IMG/VR virus record: IMGVR_UViG_3300025018_000113
Location: 34,733-98,732 of that record
Origin: a virus
DNA length: 64,000 nt
Reading direction: 5' to 3' (one strand)
Below the pieces are notes generated by a model, which saw only the letters and a list, made by a program, of their open reading frames with translations, had not been told where the DNA came from and made no database searches. Numbering within the stretch: the first letter of the stretch is position 1; each line of letters starts with the position of its first letter. The translations under genes and the position numbers were made by a program. Positions 59,048 through 64,000 of the stretch are shown in pieces.

Positions 59048-59290
59048 TTATCTTGCAAGGGCCTTTCCTAAGTGTCTGAAAAAATCAAGAACATCACCGT
59101 TTCTGAAATCAATTTGAACAATTACGTTTTTAATTTGTGCCTGTTCAGTTTTTGGGGCAATCATCATGTGTTCAACAATCACACCGTATGTGAAGAAGTT
59201 TGTTCCAGAAGCACCTTCAACTTCAAATTGAGCGTCAAGGTTGATTCCTTTTTCTTCAATGAATGTGTTAAGCCAAGTTTGAAAGTTCAT
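59048..59290 (-). CDS. hypothetical early protein
   Basis: 80 aa; AAGGGG SD; operator A cassette upstream. Confidence 0.7.
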   Translation of the reverse strand: MNFQTWLNTFIEEKGINLDAQFEVEGASGTNFFTYGVIVEHMMIAPKTEQAQIKNVIVQIDFRNGDVLDFFRHLGKALAR

Positions 59291-59322
59291 GTGTTCCCCT
59301 TTGTTTGTTTCTTGAATATAGT

Positions 59323-59339
59323 TTACTACAATGTAGTAA
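59323..59339 (-). promoter_or_regulatory. palindromic operator A
   Basis: Perfect TTACTACA-A-TGTAGTAA. Confidence 0.75.
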
Positions 59340-59516
59340 TGAAAGCAACAAAAAAGAAGTGGCGCATCAAGAAAAATGATGATTTTGAATCATTTCAATG
59401 ACTTATAAATAAGCTGGTTTTTAGGCTTCTTAAAACCAGTTTAAGGCCACCAACTGGGTTCACGGTTTACCAGTAAGGTCATGCCCCTAGAAGCTTAAAA
59501 CGGGCCAAATAAGGCC

Positions 59517-59720
59517 CTATTTTAGGCCAGTTCCACCACAGTGTGGGCACTGTTCTTGAAGTGCTTTCCAAAGGGCCTTCACGATGAATTCAGACTTATT
59601 AGGTTGCCTTTCCAGTTCTTCCCTTAAAGTCTTGTCACACCTGAAAGCTTGAATGGAATCTTTTGCACCATCAGTTTCAACAATAATCTTGGAACGCTTC
59701 TTTTGAGTTTTCTTTTTCAT
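59517..59720 (-). CDS. ribbon-helix-helix regulator with a C-terminal CxxC
   Basis: IQAFRCDKTLREEL...NKSEFIVKAL and CPHCGGTG. Confidence 0.7.
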   Translation of the reverse strand: MKKKTQKKRSKIIVETDGAKDSIQAFRCDKTLREELERQPNKSEFIVKALWKALQEQCPHCGGTGLK

Positions 59721-59766
59721 GTTTTTTTCCTTCACCATCAACCATCAAACGATGATGTTTTTCATC

Positions 59767-59784
59767 GTATAACATAGTATAACA
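59767..59784 (-). promoter_or_regulatory. tandem operator B upstream of the RHH gene
   Basis: Minus strand reads TGTTATACTATGTTATAC. Confidence 0.7.
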
Positions 59785-60083
59785 TAAAAAAATGCGGTAA
59801 AAAAGACCTAGTGAAAAGTGTTGAAATTGTTGGTAAAATACGGTAATTGAATGACTTCCTTGAAAGGTGGTGTGGGGGCCGTTCATCTTCCATGATTCCT
59901 GTGCAATGATTCATCCTTGAATAAAGCACCCACACCACCTTTATTTTCCCTTAAAAATCAAGCACATTCAACACTTAAAAATAATACACTGTGTTACTTT
60001 TTCACGCTTTACATTTTGTTGTTTCATCAATAAAGTTTTTATGTAAAAATCAATTTGAACGCAAAAAAGGTGAAGGTGAACGT

Positions 60084-60455
60084 GTGAACGTCAATGCAAT
60101 TTTAGACATTGTGAAAGGCCTTGTTTTTGACAGGGTGATTTCACTTCAAACAGGAAAAGTTTTTGAATTCTTGTTGTTGAATTCAACGACACAAAGTGTG
60201 GAAGGAAAGCTGATTTGCGAACTTCCCTATGAAGTTATAAGAAAACATTTCAAACTTAAAGACCCAGCTTTTAGGTTTCATATCAGACAACTTGAAAGCA
60301 AAGGGCTTGTGATTCAAACTTACGTTTTCAAAAAAGATGGTTGTGAAGTTCATGTTGAAGGTCATAAGGCCGCACTTCAAATGGGAATTAGGGCAATAAA
60401 ACACACTTACATCACTATTCTGGAAAAGAATTTTACAGTTGGTGGTGAACTATGA
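60084..60455 (+). CDS. winged-helix DNA-binding protein (putative replication protein)
   Basis: YEVIRKHFKLKDPAFRFHIRQLESKGLV; GTG start after AAGGTG. Confidence 0.55.
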   Translation: MNVNAILDIVKGLVFDRVISLQTGKVFEFLLLNSTTQSVEGKLICELPYEVIRKHFKLKDPAFRFHIRQLESKGLVIQTYVFKKDGCEVHVEGHKAALQMGIRAIKHTYITILEKNFTVGGEL

Positions 60456-60901
60456 AACTGACACCTAATGAAAGAACAGTCATCAATTCAAAAGCCTTGG
60501 CCAAACTCATTTCAGCTGGGAAATTGTCTTTCAAGGAAGCATTTTTCTACACACTAATAAGGGATGGGGCCTTTCTTAACTCAAAAGGTCAAAGACAGCT
60601 TTCCATGGTTCAAATTCATCACTTGGTGAATGAATTAGGATTTCAGGAACGTAATACAAAAAGGACGCTGAAAAAACTTGTTGACCTTAAAATGTTGGAA
60701 CCAAACTATTTTATTATAGTGAAAGACGATGAAGGAAAAAGTGTTTTGACACCAGTTTCGGGCTTCAAAAACTTTCAAGGTGAAGGTTCACTGGGAACAA
60801 GAACAATTAAGTTTGTGAAGTACAAAGTTCTTGATGTAAAACATGAAAAACTTTTAAGAAAGCAAGCAAGAAACAAGAAAAAGAAACCAAAAAAAACATA
60901 G
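60452..60901 (+). CDS. winged-helix protein (putative replication initiator)
   Basis: ELGFQERNTKRTLKKLVDLKML; abuts the iteron array. Confidence 0.55.
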   Translation: MKLTPNERTVINSKALAKLISAGKLSFKEAFFYTLIRDGAFLNSKGQRQLSMVQIHHLVNELGFQERNTKRTLKKLVDLKMLEPNYFIIVKDDEGKSVLTPVSGFKNFQGEGSLGTRTIKFVKYKVLDVKHEKLLRKQARNKKKKPKKT

Positions 60902-61172
60902 CTTTTTAAGTTTCCTATGTCAGAAAGTGACATTGCAAAACATAGCTTTTTAAGTTTCCTATGTCATAAAGTGACACAGGAATTGTAAGTTTACAAACAT
61001 AGCTTTATGTTTTTGCTATGTCATAAAGTGACACAGGAATTATGTTTTGCTATGTCACTTTTTGGTAATTTGCTATGTCACTTTTTGGTAATTTGCTATG
61101 TCACTTTTTGGTAATTTGCTATGTCAGAAAATGCCCCCCCTAAGTATTGAAATATAAGTATTGAAATATAAG
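60893..61172. repeat. iteron-like array plus AT-rich repeat (putative origin of replication)
   Basis: Seven CTATGTCA cores, the last four at a 23-bp period; three inverted ACATAGC; then (TAAGTATTGAAATA)x2. Confidence 0.8.
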
Positions 61173-61394
61173 AAAGAAAATGAAGTTATGAAAGTAATAA
61201 GTTTAGTGACCGTAAAGGTCACATTGCATTTTTTCTTTTTTGGTTCCAGTTTTCTGAAACATGAAACACAAACTTTTCAACTTCATGTTTTTCAGCATGA
61301 AAAGTTTTCACCTGACAAAAACAGTTTTCAATTCCTTTCTTTTCAGAAAATGGTAAACTGTTTTTACAAACAAATTTTCAAGGATGAAAACTTC

Positions 61395-61583
61395 ATGTCA
61401 GTCAACTTTGACAGAAAAAATTTCAACATTCATCTTGGAACTGATGGTTTGGTTTATGCCACTTCCAAAACTTCAAGTGAACTTTTTGTCTTCACAGGTT
61501 GGGAATGGTTGACGTTTGATGAATTTATTTCCATTGATGATTCAACACTTGAAGCAATGCGTGAAGATTTTAATGATTTTTAA
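61395..61583 (+). CDS. hypothetical protein
   Basis: ATG after AAGGA SD; 62 aa. Confidence 0.5.
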   Translation: MSVNFDRKNFNIHLGTDGLVYATSKTSSELFVFTGWEWLTFDEFISIDDSTLEAMREDFNDF

Positions 61584-61649
61584 TTTGACAATCAAAAACT
61601 TTTTTCCGATGCTATTCAGGCACAGAAAATTTGGAAGGACAAAAAGCAC

Positions 61650-61877
61650 ATGACCAGTGAAGCTAAAATCATTCACCCATCAATCAAGGAATTTACAGGC
61701 AACCTTGCCATGTTACTTTCAGCTGATGATTGTGTTGAAGTTTTTAGAAACGGGACACCTGAACAAAAACTTGAAAAAGTTATTATTGCCAGTGACCACT
61801 TACTTCAACCAAATGGTAATTTCATTTTAGTCAATGCTGACCTTCCCTTGAAAGAACTTTTGCAATTGCAAAAGTAA
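61650..61877 (+). CDS. hypothetical protein
   Basis: 75 aa with GGAAGGA SD. Confidence 0.55.
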   Translation: MTSEAKIIHPSIKEFTGNLAMLLSADDCVEVFRNGTPEQKLEKVIIASDHLLQPNGNFILVNADLPLKELLQLQK

Positions 61878-61893
61878 ATTAGAACTAGGGGTT

Positions 61894-63396
61894 TTGGTGA
61901 AGGTAAAAATCAGAATTGATTCACGCATTTCTTTCAATCACAAAAAGTTGAAAGACAAAGCTTGTATAAAATTATTGAAAGAAGAATTCACACACACAAA
62001 CCCTGTCTATGTTCGCAATGAAAGAATTGGAATTCCCAACACAAATGAACCGCAAGAATATTTTTCCTTTGATTTGAAAGGTTCAAGAATTTATTTTTCA
62101 CGTGGTTGTTTGGCCAGGGTGAAAAAAGTTTTGAAAATGTTTGGTCATTCAGTTAAGTTGATTGACAAGCGTGTTGACGGTGATGATGTTGAATTCAAAT
62201 CAAAAACAAACCTAAGAAAAGAACAAGTGCCAGCTGTTGAAGCTTCACTTGAAAAGCAACAAGGAATTGTGCGCGGCCCTTGTTCTAGTGGAAAGTCAGT
62301 CATAGGTTTAGAAATAATTGCAAAAGCAAAAAAAGTTGGAATGGTTGTTGTTTGGAACAAAGACCATCAAAAGCAATGGGTGGAAGAAGCTGTCAGAAGT
62401 GATTTATTGAATCTTTCACCAAAAGACATTGGTGGTGTTGGTGGTAAGTTTGCAAAAAGAAAATTAGGAAAACTAAATGTTTGTATGCAACAAAGTCTTT
62501 GGAATAAAGAACACCGTGATTTCTTTTTTCAGCATTGTGGTGTTCTTGTTGCTGATGAAGTTCAAAGATATGCGGCCAACACATTCAACGCTGTCATAAA
62601 TGATTCACCAGCAAAAATAAGAATTGGGCTTTCAGCAAATGAAAAAAGAAAAGATGGAAAAGAGTTTTTAATTTATGATGCTTTTGGAAAACTAATTCAC
62701 GTCATTGAAGACAACGATATTGGTTCCAGAAAAAAAGCACGAATCAATCTTGTTCCAACAAAATATGAAAATGATTCTTATGAATTCAATAAACGCACAC
62801 CAGAACTTTTGAATGACATGGCCCGTGACAAGTCAAGAAATAAAATAATTATTAAACGCACATTGCAAAAGACAAGTAAGAAAAAATTAGTTTTGATTTT
62901 AGTTGAAAGAAAGTTCCAAGCGTTGTATTTATTAGAACAATTGCAAAAAGAAAATTTGAAGGTGAAGTTGTTGGTTGGTAAGTTTACCAAGTCTGATGTT
63001 GATGATGCTGATGACTGGAAAGAATCTTGGAAAGAATTTGCTTCTAAATATGATGATGACAAAGAATTCTTTGAAGTGAAAAGATTGGGCACTGAAAAGA
63101 GTATTGACGTGATAGTGGCAACACAAAAAGGTGATGTTGGTCTTTCAATTAAGACAGTTGACCACGTTATTGTCACAACACCCACTGGTGGGAATCTTGA
63201 AAGGTTCAACCAGCAAAAGGGGCGGGCCGAACGTGACTATGACAAGGAATTGAAAAAGAAGTTTGGAAAAAAACCAACACCATCAGTTGATTACTTGTGG
63301 GACACAAAAATTGAGTCATTAAGAAAAAAGGGTAATAATATTTTGAAAAATTTTACTAATGTTAGTGTGCTACAAAAACAAAAAAATGGAGGATAG
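61894..63396 (+). CDS. superfamily 2 helicase (ResIII/UvsW-like)
   Basis: Q motif LRKEQ, Walker A GPCSSGKS, DEVQ, GLSAN, QQKGRAER. Confidence 0.88.
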   Translation: MVKVKIRIDSRISFNHKKLKDKACIKLLKEEFTHTNPVYVRNERIGIPNTNEPQEYFSFDLKGSRIYFSRGCLARVKKVLKMFGHSVKLIDKRVDGDDVEFKSKTNLRKEQVPAVEASLEKQQGIVRGPCSSGKSVIGLEIIAKAKKVGMVVVWNKDHQKQWVEEAVRSDLLNLSPKDIGGVGGKFAKRKLGKLNVCMQQSLWNKEHRDFFFQHCGVLVADEVQRYAANTFNAVINDSPAKIRIGLSANEKRKDGKEFLIYDAFGKLIHVIEDNDIGSRKKARINLVPTKYENDSYEFNKRTPELLNDMARDKSRNKIIIKRTLQKTSKKKLVLILVERKFQALYLLEQLQKENLKVKLLVGKFTKSDVDDADDWKESWKEFASKYDDDKEFFEVKRLGTEKSIDVIVATQKGDVGLSIKTVDHVIVTTPTGGNLERFNQQKGRAERDYDKELKKKFGKKPTPSVDYLWDTKIESLRKKGNNILKNFTNVSVLQKQKNGG

Positions 63397-63400
63397 CAAA

Positions 63401-64000
63401 ATGGCTAAGGCAAAAAAACAGAAAGCAAAAGCACAACCCAACTACGATAAACTTTTTTCAGCATTGAAAAAGTTTTGTGAAAAGCACGGGGTTGAAGTTC
63501 CAACTGGTGACGATTTGAACTTAATGGATTTTATGTTCAAACTTTCCAGTAAAGCATTGGCACTTCATCCTGAAATGCTTGCAATTGAAGCTGATATAAG
63601 AAAGCTTGTTGCAAAAGAAGGAATGGATAGTGAAAGTTGGGGTGGTTGCCCTGAATGTGGTTCTAATATTTTAATTTCAGAAGATGCTTGTCCTTATTGT
63701 GGAACAACGCTTGAAGAAGAAGAAGATGAAGACGATGAAGAAGAAGATGAAGACGATGAAGAAGAAGACGATGATGAAGAAGAAGACGATGAAGAAGAAG
63801 ATGAAGACGATGAAGAAGAAGATGAAGACGATGAAGAAGAAGATGAAGACGATGAAGAAGAAGATGAAGACGATGAAGAAGATGAAGACGATGAAGAAGA
63901 TGAAGACGATGAAGAAGAAGACGATGAAGAAGAAGACGATGAAGAAGAAGACGATGAAGAAGAAGACGATGAAGAAGAAGACGATGAAGAAGAAGACGAT
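63401..64000 (+). CDS. zinc-ribbon protein with a very long Asp/Glu tract (truncated by the window end; not in the ORF track)
   Basis: ATG 63401 after GGAGG; MAKAKKQ...CPECG...CPYCGTTL, then only D/E codons to the end. Confidence 0.8.
   Translation, partial: MAKAKKQKAKAQPNYDKLFSALKKFCEKHGVEVPTGDDLNLMDFMFKLSSKALALHPEMLAIEADIRKLVAKEGMDSESWGGCPECGSNILISEDACPYCGTTLEEEEDEDDEEEDEDDEEEDDDEEEDDEEEDEDDEEEDEDDEEEDEDDEEEDEDDEEDEDDEEDEDDEEEDDEEEDDEEEDDEEEDDEEEDDEEEDD
63713..64000 (+). repeat. coding tandem repeats (GAAGAAGAAGATGAAGACGAT and GAAGAAGAAGACGAT units)
   Basis: 21-bp and 15-bp units encoding EEEDEDD and EEEDD. Confidence 0.9.

Noticed and set aside
60893-61130. CRISPR array
   Set aside because: Repeats are contiguous with no unique spacers, and there are no cas genes; iterons fit better
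61161-61394. N-terminal extension of the 140-aa ORF in the track
   Set aside because: It runs through AT-rich origin-flanking DNA with no RBS; the ATG at 61395 has an SD
1-64000. Alternative genetic code
   Set aside because: Standard code gives full-length, densely packed genes, and TAA, TGA and TAG all act as gene ends

Overview
This window is a contiguous part of a large AT-rich tailed dsDNA phage (Caudoviricetes) with a contractile, myovirus-type tail. Gene order on the + strand: early/accessory genes with a short tyrosine recombinase, a metallophosphoesterase and a GIY-YIG homing endonuclease (1-7600); packaging and head genes, interleaved with a DHH phosphoesterase and a minimal nucleotidyltransferase (7600-18300); putative decoration/neck genes; sheath, tube, frameshifting chaperone, tape measure and baseplate (27700-44400); a second GIY-YIG gene; a fibre gene followed by six paralogous receptor-binding-type genes with near-identical DNA boxes at domain borders (45176-53580); and a lysis region. 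A small minus-strand block encodes an RHH regulator. The window ends with a replication region (two wHTH genes, an iteron-like origin, an SF2 helicase) and a zinc-ribbon protein with a very long pure Asp/Glu tract. Main non-coding signals: two dispersed operator-like motifs (palindrome TTACTACA-N-TGTAGTAA at early promoters; tandem TGTTATAC-NN-TGTTATAC at late promoters), strong avoidance of GATC, GCWGC and GGWCC, and a complete -1 frameshift cassette. I saw no tRNA, rRNA, CRISPR array or reverse transcriptase. All product calls come from motif recognition and synteny; no database search was run.
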